Shown here piece by piece: positions 11,840-29,658 of a DNA stretch of 64,000 nt. This DNA comes from an uncultured delta proteobacterium. GTDB lineage: Bacteria > Myxococcota > Myxococcia > Myxococcales > Anaeromyxobacteraceae. Within the stretch, counting starts at the first letter, position 1; each line of letters begins with the position of its first letter. Where the stretch lies: positions 352,001 to 416,000 of the forward strand of contig CAVYBH010000012.1 in the NCBI GenBank assembly GCA_963766715.1. Reading direction: 5' to 3'. The translations under genes and the position numbers were made by a program. A model generated the notes under the pieces. It was given only the letters and a program-made list of their open reading frames with translations. It did not search any database and was not told where the DNA came from.

Positions 11840-12325
11840 CTAGGAACCCCCGAGGGGCGCGTCGTCCTCCTCCTCCCGGCGGCGCCGCGCCCTGCGGATC
11901 GCCCCGGGAAGCCAGGCCTCCAGGCTCCCCACCGCGAGGGTCACCTCCCGCAGGAAGAAGCCGAGCGCGAAGGTGAGCGCCGCCATCGCGGCCACGAACA
12001 GGCCGGCCACGGCCATCGAGAAGTTCACCTTCAGGAGGAACCCGACGAAGGCGATGCCGATGACGAGCGTGACGAAGAGGGCCGCGAAGGTGCCCATGGT
12101 GATGGCCCAGCGCACGAGCTCGCCCCGCCGCCGGAGGATCTCCAGCTCGGCCGGGCTCTCGCCCCCCGTCTCCACCCGCTTCTCGAGGTTGCGCGTCCGG
12201 TCGACGATGCGGGCCAGGCGGGTGGCGAAGACGTTGAGGAGGGAGGCGACGCCGGTGAGCAGGAAGGCCGGGGCCAGCGCGAGCTGGATGACCCGGGCGA
12301 TGTCGTGGATGTGCGACTCTTCCAT
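11840..12325 (-). CDS. DUF2721-like membrane protein
   Basis: IQLALAPAFLLTGV...RLARIVDR pattern, 3 TM helices. Confidence 0.8.
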   Translation of the reverse strand: MEESHIHDIARVIQLALAPAFLLTGVASLLNVFATRLARIVDRTRNLEKRVETGGESPAELEILRRRGELVRWAITMGTFAALFVTLVIGIAFVGFLLKVNFSMAVAGLFVAAMAALTFALGFFLREVTLAVGSLEAWLPGAIRRARRRREEEDDAPLGGS

Positions 12326-12334
12326 GGGACGGCC

Positions 12335-13256
12335 TCAGCGCTCGAAGACGAGGGGGAGGGTGACGCGCGACGGGGCCCGGCGCCGGGGGAATCGCCAGGC
12401 CGAGACGTGGGCGCGGGCGGCCGCGACGAGGCGGCGCCGCTCCGGCTCCGCCGAGGCCGGGACGCGGGTGGTGTCGGAGAGCACGCGCAGGTCGCGCAGC
12501 GCCCCGGCCGGCGTGACCCGGAAGCCGAGCGAGAGCAGCCCGGCCACGGGGAGCCCCCGGACCAGCGGGCGCGATGGCGTCGGAGAGGGCGTCGATCCGC
12601 GGGGTGAGCTCCGAGGCCTCGAGGGCCCCCTCGACGAAGGGCCGGGGCGAGACGAACCAGCCGTGCACCACCACGCGCCCCTGGCGCGGATCGAGCGTTC
12701 CGCGGACCGTTCGCACGCCGTGGGGGAGGCGGGGGTCGAAGACCGTGAGGCGATCGAAGCGGGGCTCGACCACGTCGAAGAGCTCGGCCCGCTCGACGGA
12801 GCGGGTGGATCGGAACCCGTCCCAGTGGTCGAGCACGCCGTCCCGCAGGATCTCGGTCTCGCCACCGCGGAAGGGGCGGCCGCGCCAGCGGGTGAGGGAG
12901 TAGACGAACGCCCACGGGCCGTGGGGGAGGTCGCCGTGCAGCTCCTGGCCGCAGCCGTCGACGTAGCAGGAGAGCCAGGGGGGCGACACGTCGTGGCAGC
13001 CGAGCGTCCTCCGGCCCCACCAGACCAGGCGCTGGTGGAAGCGCTCGTAGAGGCCGCGCGGGAAGTAGGTCCAGGCCGGCGTGCGGAGCGCCGTGTACTG
13101 CCCGGGGACGTGCCAGAAGTCCCAGACGAAGCGCCCGGCGGAGGCCTTGCGCGGGTCCTGGAAGCGGGCGTCGAGGTGGGCGCGCAGGGCGCGTCCCTCG
13201 GGGGCGAAGCGATCGAGGATGGCGAGGCGGCGAACCAAGCGCGAGGAGCCTAGCAC
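12335..13256 (-). CDS. 2OG-Fe(II) oxygenase superfamily protein (frameshift near 12570)
   Basis: LHGD (HxD), [32 protein letters not shown] pattern of the prolyl-hydroxylase-like fold. Confidence 0.65.
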
Positions 13257-13299
13257 GATGGTTGACTTCCACCCGCTCCCGGATAATCCCTTTGGGACC

Positions 13300-20804
<7,505 letters not shown>

Positions 20805-20842
20805 GGCAGGGACACTCTACGATCGACACGGGCCTCCCACAC

Positions 20843-21599
20843 ATGGTTCATTCGGCCCCGTGGCCCCCCCCGGATCTCCGAGCCCTTCGAGGCACACAGC
20901 TACGCGGTGGACGCCTTCGGGCTGCTCTCCGCCCCGGCCCTGTCGGGGTGGCTCCAGGAGGCGGCGGGGCGCCACGCCGAGCTGCTCGGCGTGGGGGTGG
21001 AAGCCCTTCAGGAGAGGGGACTCACCTGGGTGCTCGCCCGCCAGGCCGTCGAGGTGGATCGGCCGGTCCTCCTGGGTGAGCGGGCCGAGGTCGCGACCTG
21101 GCCCAGCGGCGCCGACCGGCTGAGCGCCCTCCGGGACTTCGAGGTGCGGGTCGCCGGCGAGGTCCGGGTCCGGGCCGTCACGCAGTGGATCGTGCTCGAC
21201 CTCGCCACCCGCAAGCCGGTTCGTCCCGGGTCCGTGCTTCCGATCGACCTGATCGAGGAGACGCCCCACGTGCTCCCGCTCCCGGCCGGCCGGCCGCCCC
21301 CGCCGGAGCCGGCCGCGATCGACCGGGTCTTCTCCACGCGCTACCGGGACATCGACCGCAACCTCCACGTCACCAACGCCAGCTACGTCGAGTGGGCCTG
21401 CGAGGCCTTGCCGGAGGCGACCTGGCGCACCGCGCGCCTCCGTTCCTTCGAGGCCTACTTCATCGCCGAGTGCCTCCACGGGAGCGAGGTCCGATCCCTC
21501 TCGGCGCCGGCCGGCCCCGGGACCCACGTCCACTCGGTGAGGCGCGAGGGGGACGGGAAGGAGCTGGCCCGGCTGCGCACCACCTGGGTGGATCGCTAG
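20843..21599 (+). CDS. Acyl-ACP thioesterase (FatA-type double hotdog); start probably frameshifted in the C-run at ~20865
   Basis: LQEAAGRHA, TWVLARQ, RYRDIDRNLHVTNASYVEW. Confidence 0.85.
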
Positions 21600-22081
21600 C
21601 GTTCGCCGGGAGTCCGGACCAGGGCGCGGACCGCCGACGGCAGGTCCGGCCGGAGCCGGAGCAGGTCCTCCGTCCGCGCCATCTCGAAGTCGTCGAAGTC
21701 GAAGCCGGGCGCGACCGTGCAGCCAGCCAGCGCGAAGCGGGTGCCGAGGACCCGGGCCCCCTGCCACCAACCGGCCGGGACGACCACGTGCGGAAGGCCG
21801 CCCGGGCCGATGCGGTGCACCTCGTGGGCGCCGCCCGGGTCCAGGAGGTGGAGCTCCAGCGGGTCGCCGCCGGCGTGCTGCCAGACCTCGTCGGAATGCA
21901 CGCGGTGCATGGCCGAGAAGGTTCCCGCCGGGAGCAGGTAGTGGATGAGGGTCATCGCGGACCGGTCGCCACGGGGGGTGGCGACCCGGGCCGGGGAGCG
22001 CCAGGTCTCCCGGTAGAACCCGCCCTCGGGGTGCGGCGAGAGCGCGAGACGCTCCGTCAGTGATCGAGCCTCAGGGTGCAT
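21596..22081 (-). CDS. Cupin DUF985 family protein
   Basis: PHPEGGFYRETWRS, HRVHSDEVW, VPAGWWQ, GCTVAPGFDFDDF. Confidence 0.9.
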   Translation of the reverse strand: MHPEARSLTERLALSPHPEGGFYRETWRSPARVATPRGDRSAMTLIHYLLPAGTFSAMHRVHSDEVWQHAGGDPLELHLLDPGGAHEVHRIGPGGLPHVVVPAGWWQGARVLGTRFALAGCTVAPGFDFDDFEMARTEDLLRLRPDLPSAVRALVRTPGER

Positions 22082-22196
22082 GTCGGTCAAGCCTCGCCTG
22101 TCACCGGTCCGCCCCCCTTGCACCGGGGCGCGACCTCGCTCATTCTCCACGAATCCGGACGCAGGAACACTCCCGGGAAGGCAGGGAAGGCGGGCG

Positions 22197-24284
22197 ATGG
22201 CGACGACGGCCAGGTCGAAGGCGAAGAAGCGAACGGTCCCGGCTGGAGCGAAGCGCCCCGCCGCCCGTTCAGTGACCGCCCGTGCCGCGTCCCCCCGGAA
22301 GGCGGAGCAGAAGCGCCAGCCGGCCCGCCCGTCGAAGTCTTCGAGGCCCGCGAAATCCGGGAAGGCCGCAAAGACCGGGAAGGCGCGAAAACCGGGAAGG
22401 CCGCGAAGCCCGCGAGTCGCGTCGCCGCGCCGGGGAAGCCTCCAAGAAGGCCGCCCCGGCCAAGGCCGCCCCGCCGAAAGCCGCAGCGCCGAAGGCCGCA
22501 CCACCCGCCAAGGCGCGCGCCTCGGCGACTCGCGCGGCCGAGCCGGTCGCGCGCCCCCGCCCGGTTCCGCCGTCCGTCGGCGCCCAGACCCTGTCGCTTC
22601 CGGCCGGGCTCGCCAGCGAGGTGAAGGGAACGCTCGCCGAGTGGGGAGCCGGGCGAGAAGATGGCGCGGCTCTGGAGGGGCGACGCCTCGCTCTGGACCG
22701 GCAGGGACGAGGACCGGTGGGTGGGCTGGCTCCGGCTCGTGGAGCAGCAGCGGGCGCGTCGCGAGGAGTTCGGCCGCGTGGCCGAGGACGTCCGGCTCGC
22801 CGGGTTCGGTCACGTCGTCGTCCTGGGCATGGGCGGGTCGAGCCTGTGCCCGGACGTCTTCGCCCGGACCTTCGGCCGGCTCCCGGGATTCCCGCAGCTC
22901 CGGGTGCTCGACTCCACCGTGCCCGCCCAGATCCGCGCGCTCGAGCAGGAGATCGACCTCCGCCGCACGCTCTTCATCGTGGCCTCCAAGTCCGGGACGA
23001 CGCTCGAGCCCGCGGTCCTCCTCGCCTATTTCCTCGATCGGGTGAAGAGCCTCCTGGGAACCGGCGCCGGGAGCCGCTTCGTCGCGATCACCGACCCCGG
23101 CACCGACCTGGAGCGGCTGGCGCAGCGCGAGGGCTTCCGGAAGGTCTTCCACGGCGTTCCCAGCGTGGGGGGGCGCTTCTCCGCCCTTTCCCACTTCGGG
23201 ATGGTCCCGGCCGCCGCCATGGGCGTGAGCGTGCCGCGCCTCCTCGACCGGGCGGTCCTGATGGCCGACGCCTGCGCGGCCGATCGCCCCGCCGACGAGA
23301 ACCCGGGCCTCGTCCTCGGGGTCGCCCTGGGTGCAGCGGCGCGCGACGGTCGCGACAAGCTCACCCTGATCGTCTCGCCCCGGCTGGCCGCGCTGGGCGA
23401 CTGGGTGGAGCAGCTGGTCGCCGAGTCGCTCGGGAAGCACGGGAAGGGCGTCGTCCCGGTGGTCGGCGAGCTTCCCGGCGCCCCGCGAGGCACGGGCGAC
23501 GACCGGTTCTACGTCTACGTCCGGCTGGCGCCGTCGGCCTCTCCGGAGCAGGACCGCGCCGTGACCGCCCTCGAGAAGTCGGGAGCCCCGGTCGTCCGCA
23601 TCGAGGTCGGCGACCCCGCCGACCTCGGCCAGGAGTTCTTCCGCTGGGAGATCGCCACGGCGGTCGCCGGCTCCATCCTCGGCGTGAATCCCTTCGACCA
23701 GCCCGACGTGGAGGCGGCCAAGGTGGCGGCCCGCCGGGTGACGGCGGCCTACGAGGAGAGCGGCTCGCTCCCGCCCGAGATCGTGTCGGTGCAGGGGGAC
23801 GGGCTCCGCGCTGATGGCCGACTCGGGAAACGCCCAGGCCATCGCGGCGGCCGCCCGGGAGCAGACCCCCGCCGGGTGGCTTCGCGCCCACGTCGGCCGG
23901 ATCGGGAAGGGCGACTACCTCGCCATCAGCGCCTTCCTCTCCCAGAGCCCGCAGAACGTCGCCGCGCTCCAGGAGATCCGGGAGGCGATCCACCAGTCGT
24001 CCCGGGCCGCCACCACGCTGGGCTTCGGCCCGCGCTTCCTCCACTCCACGGGGCAGCTGCACAAGGGAGGCCCCAACAGCGGCGTCTTCCTGGTGATCAC
24101 GGCGGACGACGGCGAGCCACTCCCCATCCCGGGCCGGAAGTTCGGCTTCGGCGTGCTCGCCCGGGCGCAGGCCCGGGGAGATCTCGACGTGCTGGCCGAG
24201 CGCGAGCGGCGCGTCCTTCGCGTCCAGCTGGGAACGGACGTCAAGGCCGGGCTGGCGGCGCTGCGCCGCGCCCTCGGGAAGTAG
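22197..24284 (+). CDS. pgi: Glucose-6-phosphate isomerase (Tal-Pgi-type PGI domain) with Lys/Ala/Pro-rich N-terminal extension; several frameshifts
   Basis: GMGGSSL, SKSGTTLE, AITDPG, GGRFSALS, EQLVAESLGK, NPFDQPDVE, GPRFLHSTGQLHKGGP. Confidence 0.85.
22357..22408 (+). repeat. Three tandem 18-bp units encoding (S/T)GKAAK
   Basis: ccgggaaggccgcaaaga / ccgggaaggc-gcgaaaa / ccgggaaggccgcgaag; the middle copy lacks one C. Confidence 0.7.
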
Positions 24285-24312
24285 GGGGCGCCCAGGCGCC
24301 CCTCGCCTCACT

Positions 24313-25725
24313 TCACGGCGTGAGCTGGCCGAGGATCTTCGGGTCCTTCTCGTCGACCGCCAGCAGGGAGTGGCAGAGCGAGCAGTCCTGCGAGATGGCC
24401 TTGCCCTGGGCGTCGACGTGCTCGCCGTCGTGGCAGCGGAAGCACCCCGGCGCCTGGTCGTGCCCGAGGTAGCTCGGGTAGGTGCCCCAGGTGATCTTCA
24501 TCGAGGGCCAGACGTTCCAGCAGTAGATGTCGCCGAGCGCCGCGGCCGCCGCCTTCGCGCCGGCCTCGCGGGCCGGGTAGGCCGCCGGGTCGAGCTGGCG
24601 GTAGAAGTCGGTGACCTGCTTCTCGATGCCGGCCCGGGCCGCGTCGTGGCTGGGATAGGCGACCTGGAGCGCCTTCATCCCCTCGCGCTTGATCCACGGG
24701 AGCGTGGCGTCGATGCGGTGGGCCTGGATGGCCTGGTCGATCTCGGGGGCCGCCTCCCGGAAGCGGTGGGTGGGCCGGTTGTGGCAATCGACGCAGTCCA
24801 TCAGCCGCCACTCCGCCTGCGGCGGGAGGGAGGCGGGGGTGGCCTTGGTGCGGAAGACGTTGGACTTCCCGTCGGCCCAGGTCGCCTCCACCGTGTTGAT
24901 CTCCTTGCGGTCGGCGGACGCGAGGTAGCGGATGTGGACGCCCGCGGCGACGTGGGCGTGGATGCCCTGGATCGGGCCGACGGCGGTCTGCCCGCCTCCC
25001 ACGTGGAGCAGGACCACCGACTTCTTCTCCGTGTTCGGCTCGTCGTCCGCGTAGCTCGTGGTGACCCTCAGGCGATCCCCGGTGAACTTGGACGGCCAGT
25101 GACACTCCTCGCAGGTCTCGCGGGCCGGGCGCAGGTTGTGGATCGGCACCGGGATGGGGCGCTGGTAGAGGTCGAAGGAGACCGAGACGAGCTGCCAGGC
25201 GCCGGACAGCTTCGACTTCACGAACCAGCTCGCTCCCTCGCCGATGTGGCAGCCGGCGCAGGAGACGCGCGCGTGCGGCGAGCGCTTGTAGGCCGTGAAC
25301 TCGGGGTCCATGACCGAGTGGCAGGAGCCGCAGAAGGCGGGCGACTCCATCACGTGAAGGCCCTTGTATCCGGCCACCCCCAGGACGAGGAGGTTCACCG
25401 CCGAGAGGACCGCGAAGATGAGGACGCGGCGCCGGGTGAGGTCGTCGTTGAAGTCGATGATGGGGAGGTGGGGAATCTCCTCGCCTCGCTCGGCGGCGAG
25501 GCGGGCCCGCCGCCGGGCCAGCCAGGTCCCGAAGGGGATCAGGACGAGCCCCAGGATGAAGAAGGCCGGGAGCACCAGGAAGGCGAAGATGCCGATGTAG
25601 GGGCTTCCCACGTAGCCCTGCATGGCGGCGGCGGCCAGGCCGAGGATCAGGATGCCCGACACCGTGGTCATCGCGGCGCCGAGGATGCCGAGGGTGGTCC
25701 TGGGGATGCTGGGTGCGTGCTTCAC
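24313..25725 (-). CDS. NapC/NirT-family membrane multiheme cytochrome c (6 CxxCH, 3 N-terminal TM)
   Basis: CGSCH, CAGCH, CEECH, CVDCH, CFRCH, CSLCH; ESPAFCGSCHSVM NapC-like motif. Confidence 0.9.
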   Translation of the reverse strand: MKHAPSIPRTTLGILGAAMTTVSGILILGLAAAAMQGYVGSPYIGIFAFLVLPAFFILGLVLIPFGTWLARRRARLAAERGEEIPHLPIIDFNDDLTRRRVLIFAVLSAVNLLVLGVAGYKGLHVMESPAFCGSCHSVMDPEFTAYKRSPHARVSCAGCHIGEGASWFVKSKLSGAWQLVSVSFDLYQRPIPVPIHNLRPARETCEECHWPSKFTGDRLRVTTSYADDEPNTEKKSVVLLHVGGGQTAVGPIQGIHAHVAAGVHIRYLASADRKEINTVEATWADGKSNVFRTKATPASLPPQAEWRLMDCVDCHNRPTHRFREAAPEIDQAIQAHRIDATLPWIKREGMKALQVAYPSHDAARAGIEKQVTDFYRQLDPAAYPAREAGAKAAAAALGDIYCWNVWPSMKITWGTYPSYLGHDQAPGCFRCHDGEHVDAQGKAISQDCSLCHSLLAVDEKDPKILGQLTP

Positions 25726-25847
25726 GAGGCCTCCGGTGCGGAACTTCGGGGGCGACAGTCTCTCACGCCTTGGAAGGGATGTGTCGGGACGGATGGGGTG
25801 CGGAGTAGCATGCAGGGGCCCGGCCTCGTCCGGAGCGGGAGGCGAAC

Positions 25848-26441
25848 ATGATCGCTGCGCTCATCCTCGCCAGCGGGGCACGACCTGCCGGGCGGGCTTC
25901 CACGGCGAGGTCGGCCTCGGCCGGCTTCGCGCGCCTGGCCGGGCAGTGGCTGGCCCTCCGGTCCGCGGGGCTCGACCCGCTCCGGATCGCCATCGGGAAG
26001 GAGGAGGAGGCCCTGGCCTCGGGATTCGGTCTCTCCCGGGAGAACTTCGTCCTGGACCGGTCCCGGACGCGAAACGCCTTCTCCGGGCTGCAGGCAGGCC
26101 TCGAGGCGCTGCTCGCGGCGGACGACTGGTCCGCGGTGATCGTCCAGCCGGTGGCCTCGTCGCCGCCGCATCCCTCCCTCGTCCTGGCGCTCGTGGAGCG
26201 GTTCGCGGAGGGAGACGCCGCCGCGGTGGTTCCGTCCCACCGCCGCCGGCGCGGGTTCCCGGTGCTCCTCGCCCGCACCACCGCGGAGGCCCTGCTCGAC
26301 CTCGACGCCCGGCAGGCCCGCGTCGACGAGGTGCTGGCCAGCCTCGAGGAGGTGGGCGCCGCCGTCCGGCTGGAGGCGTACACCGACGAGGTCCTTCCGC
26401 CGCGCGCCCGCAGGCGTGCGCCGGGGCGGCGGCGCGGATGA
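25848..26441 (+). CDS. MobA/MocA-like NTP-transferase-fold protein (divergent)
   Basis: GGAGG RBS; IAALILASG start, SGLQAGL, RGFPVLL motif; stop overlaps the next ATG. Confidence 0.55.
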   Translation: MIAALILASGARPAGRASTARSASAGFARLAGQWLALRSAGLDPLRIAIGKEEEALASGFGLSRENFVLDRSRTRNAFSGLQAGLEALLAADDWSAVIVQPVASSPPHPSLVLALVERFAEGDAAAVVPSHRRRRGFPVLLARTTAEALLDLDARQARVDEVLASLEEVGAAVRLEAYTDEVLPPRARRRAPGRRRG

Positions 26442-27463
26442 CCCGTTCCGCGAACGTCGTGGTCGTGGGCGCCGGCGTCTCCGGCCTGGCCTGCGCCCGG
26501 GAGCTGGCCGATGCGGGAATCGCGCCCGAGGTCGTCGACCGGGCGAGAGGCGTCGGCGGGCGGTGCGCGACGCGCCGGCTCGAGGGACTCGCCTTCGACA
26601 TCGGGGTCTCCTTCCTCCATGGAAGCGACCCGGACTTCCTGGCCGCCGTGGCCCGCGTGCCGGGATCGCGGATCGCGGGCTGGCCGCGCGCCATCCGCGG
26701 GACGGGGCGCCCCTGCCAGGCGGAGGCCTTCCAGGGGGGAGAGCAACGCCAGTCGCTCGGCGACGGGGTGAATGCGTTCCCGAAGCACCTGGCCCGCGGC
26801 CTCGCCATCCGCACGCAGGCGACGGTCGAGCGTCTCGACCTGTCCGGCGAGCTGCCGCGGATCGCGCTCGCTGGAGGAGAGACGATCGCGGCGCGCCACC
26901 TGGTGCTCGCGCTGGCCCCGGAGCAGGTGCTGCGCCTCCTCGAGGAGGTCGAGGATCTTCCGCGGCCGCTCGCGTCGGTGCGGGCGCTCCTCGAGACCTC
27001 CGCGAGCGAGCCCTCGCTCTCCCTGTGCGCGGTCTACGCGGCGGGGACCCCGGCTCCCGAGTGGGACGCCTGCTACCCGGAGGACTCGGACGTCCTCCAG
27101 TTCGTGGCGCACGAGTCGCGCAAGCGGGACGCACCTGCGTCGCTCGGGCTCGTCCTGCAGGCGCGGCCGGGCTGGGCCCGGAGGCACCTCGACGATCCGG
27201 ACTGGCCCCAGGCGCTGCTCGCCGAGGCGGGCCGGCTCCTCGGCGAGTGGTCGGCGCGCCCCTCCGCCACCCACGCACACCGCTGGCGTTTCGCCCGCAC
27301 CGATCTCTCCGCCGAGCTGGCGGGTCCGGTCCTCGTCCGGCTCGCGTCCGGCGGCCACGTGGGCATCTGCGGGGATCGATTCGCGCGGGGTGGCGGCGTC
27401 GAGGCCGCCTGGCTATCCGGAAGAGAGCTCGGGCGGCGCATCGCGGCCCTGGAGGTGGCATGA
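26438..27463 (+). CDS. Renalase-like NAD(P)/FAD-dependent oxidoreductase
   Basis: VVGAGVSGLACA, GVGGRCATRR, HRWRFA, CGD, VEAAWLSG. Confidence 0.85.
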   Translation: MTRSANVVVVGAGVSGLACARELADAGIAPEVVDRARGVGGRCATRRLEGLAFDIGVSFLHGSDPDFLAAVARVPGSRIAGWPRAIRGTGRPCQAEAFQGGEQRQSLGDGVNAFPKHLARGLAIRTQATVERLDLSGELPRIALAGGETIAARHLVLALAPEQVLRLLEEVEDLPRPLASVRALLETSASEPSLSLCAVYAAGTPAPEWDACYPEDSDVLQFVAHESRKRDAPASLGLVLQARPGWARRHLDDPDWPQALLAEAGRLLGEWSARPSATHAHRWRFARTDLSAELAGPVLVRLASGGHVGICGDRFARGGGVEAAWLSGRELGRRIAALEVA

Positions 27464-28197
27464 CGTCCCAGAAGGCTCCGGTGGATGCGCTCCAGGCGCT
27501 GGTGATCCGGGATCGCGACCACGAGTGCGATGGATTCGGGCCCTCCCGGGTCTGCGTGCGGGTGGTGGCCGTGGCCGCGCTCCCCACGCGGTTCGGGCCG
27601 TTCCGGCTGGTGGGGTTCTGGAACAACCGGGACGGGAAGGAGCACGTCGCCCTCGTGCACGGCGAGGTGGTGGGCGCCCAGGACGTCCCGGTCCGGCTTC
27701 ACTCGGAGTGCTTGACCGGCGACGTGATGGGCTCCCTGCGCTGCGATTGCCGCGACCAGCTCACCGAGGGGCTGCGCGCCATCCAGCGGGGGGAGCGGGG
27801 GATCCTCCTCTACCTGCGCCAGGAGGGGCGGGGGATCGGGCTCCTCAACAAGATCCGGGCCTACGCGCTCCAGGAGCAGGGCCTCGACACCGTCGAGGCC
27901 AACCAGGCGCTCGGCTTCCGCGACGACGAGCGGGATTACGCGGTGGCCGCCCACATGCTCCGCAGCCTCGAGGTGGGGTCGGTGCGGGTGGTGACGAACA
28001 ACCCCGACAAGATCCGGCAGCTCGAGCAGCACGGGGTGAAGGTGACCGGGCGGATCCCGCACGTCATCCCGCCGAACGAGTACAACCGCTTCTACCTGGA
28101 GACGAAGGCCAGGCGGTCCGGGCACATGATCGACCTCACCGAGGAGCGGATCGCCGAGCAGAGCGACCCGGTGCTCGTCGAGGGGATGCCCCGCTAG
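27460..28197 (+). CDS. ribA: GTP cyclohydrolase II
   Basis: VRLHSECLTGDVMGSLRCDCRDQL, QEGRGIGL, TNNPDK, YLETK. Confidence 0.95.
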   Translation: MTSQKAPVDALQALVIRDRDHECDGFGPSRVCVRVVAVAALPTRFGPFRLVGFWNNRDGKEHVALVHGEVVGAQDVPVRLHSECLTGDVMGSLRCDCRDQLTEGLRAIQRGERGILLYLRQEGRGIGLLNKIRAYALQEQGLDTVEANQALGFRDDERDYAVAAHMLRSLEVGSVRVVTNNPDKIRQLEQHGVKVTGRIPHVIPPNEYNRFYLETKARRSGHMIDLTEERIAEQSDPVLVEGMPR

Positions 28198-28742
28198 CGA
28201 GGGGCTCGCGCTACCGACCGCGCCGGTACGCGCGGATCGACGCGAATCTCGAGCTGGAAGGCGCCGGCCTGCCGGTCGGCCAGCAGCAGCCCGAAGGACG
28301 ACACCCGGGACGGCTCGAGGGCTGGCGCACCCGGCACGGGGCGCCCGCGCCAGGTCGCGTGAAACCCGGCGAGCGGAAGGCGGACCTCCTCCCACTCGCC
28401 CGGCCGGGTGGCGAAGCGGGACTGGTAGGCCACGGCGTCGAACCAGGGGTCGGTCCGGACGGCGAGCTTGTAGACGCGCCCGTCCCCGCGAACCTCGAGC
28501 AGGATCCCCTCGTGCGCGGAGAGGTCGTAGAGCCCGGGCGCGGAGCGGATGGAGGCGAAGCCTCCGCCGCGGTCGAGCGAGAGCACGCCCATGAACCGGG
28601 CGAGGCCGTCCGGGGACGGCTGGAGCCTTCCCGACGAGGCCCCGCCCATCACGGGGTCGCCGACGGATTCCCAGGCCTGCGCCAGCAGCGGGTCGTCGAA
28701 GTCGAACAGGGTGTCGAGCAGGTCGCTCGCGGTCCGGAGCAT
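28194..28742 (-). CDS. CIA30/NDUFAF1-like family protein
   Basis: W.SVGDPVMGGAS, GGFASIRS, VRGDGRVYK, FHATWRG; C-terminus possibly frameshifted. Confidence 0.85.
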   Translation of the reverse strand: MLRTASDLLDTLFDFDDPLLAQAWESVGDPVMGGASSGRLQPSPDGLARFMGVLSLDRGGGFASIRSAPGLYDLSAHEGILLEVRGDGRVYKLAVRTDPWFDAVAYQSRFATRPGEWEEVRLPLAGFHATWRGRPVPGAPALEPSRVSSFGLLLADRQAGAFQLEIRVDPRVPARSVARAPR

Positions 28743-28802
28743 GCCCCGGTCTTATGATCCGGCGGCCCGGGGCGCCAATCCCCAGGGGAGGGTGGACATC
28801 GA

Positions 28803-29657
28803 ATGCACGTGCTCGTGGCGGGTGCCGGCTGGCTGGGACGGATTGTGGCCCGCAGGCTGGCGGAGGGAGGGCACCGCGTCACCGCGGTTCGCCGGGATCC
28901 GGCGCTGGCGGCGGCGCTCGCGTCTCCCGGGGTGGAGCCGCTGGCGCTCGACCTCTCGGCTCCGGGAGCGTGGGAACGGCTGCCTGGAGATCTCGACGCG
29001 GTCGTCGCCTGCCAGAGCCCGGGAGGCGCCGGGCTACCGGCGTACAGGCGCGCCTACGTCGACTGCAACCGGCTCTTGCTCGAAGGGCTGCGGCGCGCGG
29101 GGCGGCCGGCGACGCTCCTCTACACCAGCTCGACCGGCGTCTTCGGCCAGCGGGATGGCGGCGAGGTCGACGAGGAGACGCCGCCTTTGCCGACCAGCGC
29201 GGAGTCGGAGGTGCTGGTCGAGGCGGAGCAACTGGTCCTCGCCGGGGCCGGCCCGGGGGTTCGCGGCCTGGTCCTGCGCCTCTCCGGCCTCTACGGGCCC
29301 GGGAGGTACTGGCCGCTCGACCGGGTTCGCTCCGGCCACATCGCGCTCGGTCCGGGAGACGGTGCGTGGCTCAACCTGTGCCATCTCGAGGACGCGGCCT
29401 CCGCCGTGCTGGCGGGGCTCTCTCGCGGCGCGGCGGGCCGGGTCTACCACGCGACCGACGCGGAGCCCGTCCGCCGGCGCGACCTGGCGCGATGGGTCTC
29501 CGGCCGGCTGGGGACCCCGCCGCCCAGGCTTCCAGCGGACGCCCAGGCGCCCCCGATGCCGGACCGCCGTGTCCGGGGCGAGCGCAGCCGGGAGGAACTC
29601 GGGCTCGTGCTCCGCTTCCCGACCTTCCGGGAGGGGCTCGCCGAGGCGCTCGCCTAG
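28803..29657 (+). CDS. NAD-dependent epimerase/dehydratase (atypical SDR)
   Basis: AGAGWLG, YTSSTGVFG, LRLSGLYGPGR, FPTFREGL. Confidence 0.85.
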   Translation: MHVLVAGAGWLGRIVARRLAEGGHRVTAVRRDPALAAALASPGVEPLALDLSAPGAWERLPGDLDAVVACQSPGGAGLPAYRRAYVDCNRLLLEGLRRAGRPATLLYTSSTGVFGQRDGGEVDEETPPLPTSAESEVLVEAEQLVLAGAGPGVRGLVLRLSGLYGPGRYWPLDRVRSGHIALGPGDGAWLNLCHLEDAASAVLAGLSRGAAGRVYHATDAEPVRRRDLARWVSGRLGTPPPRLPADAQAPPMPDRRVRGERSREELGLVLRFPTFREGLAEALA

Positions 29658-29658
29658 A

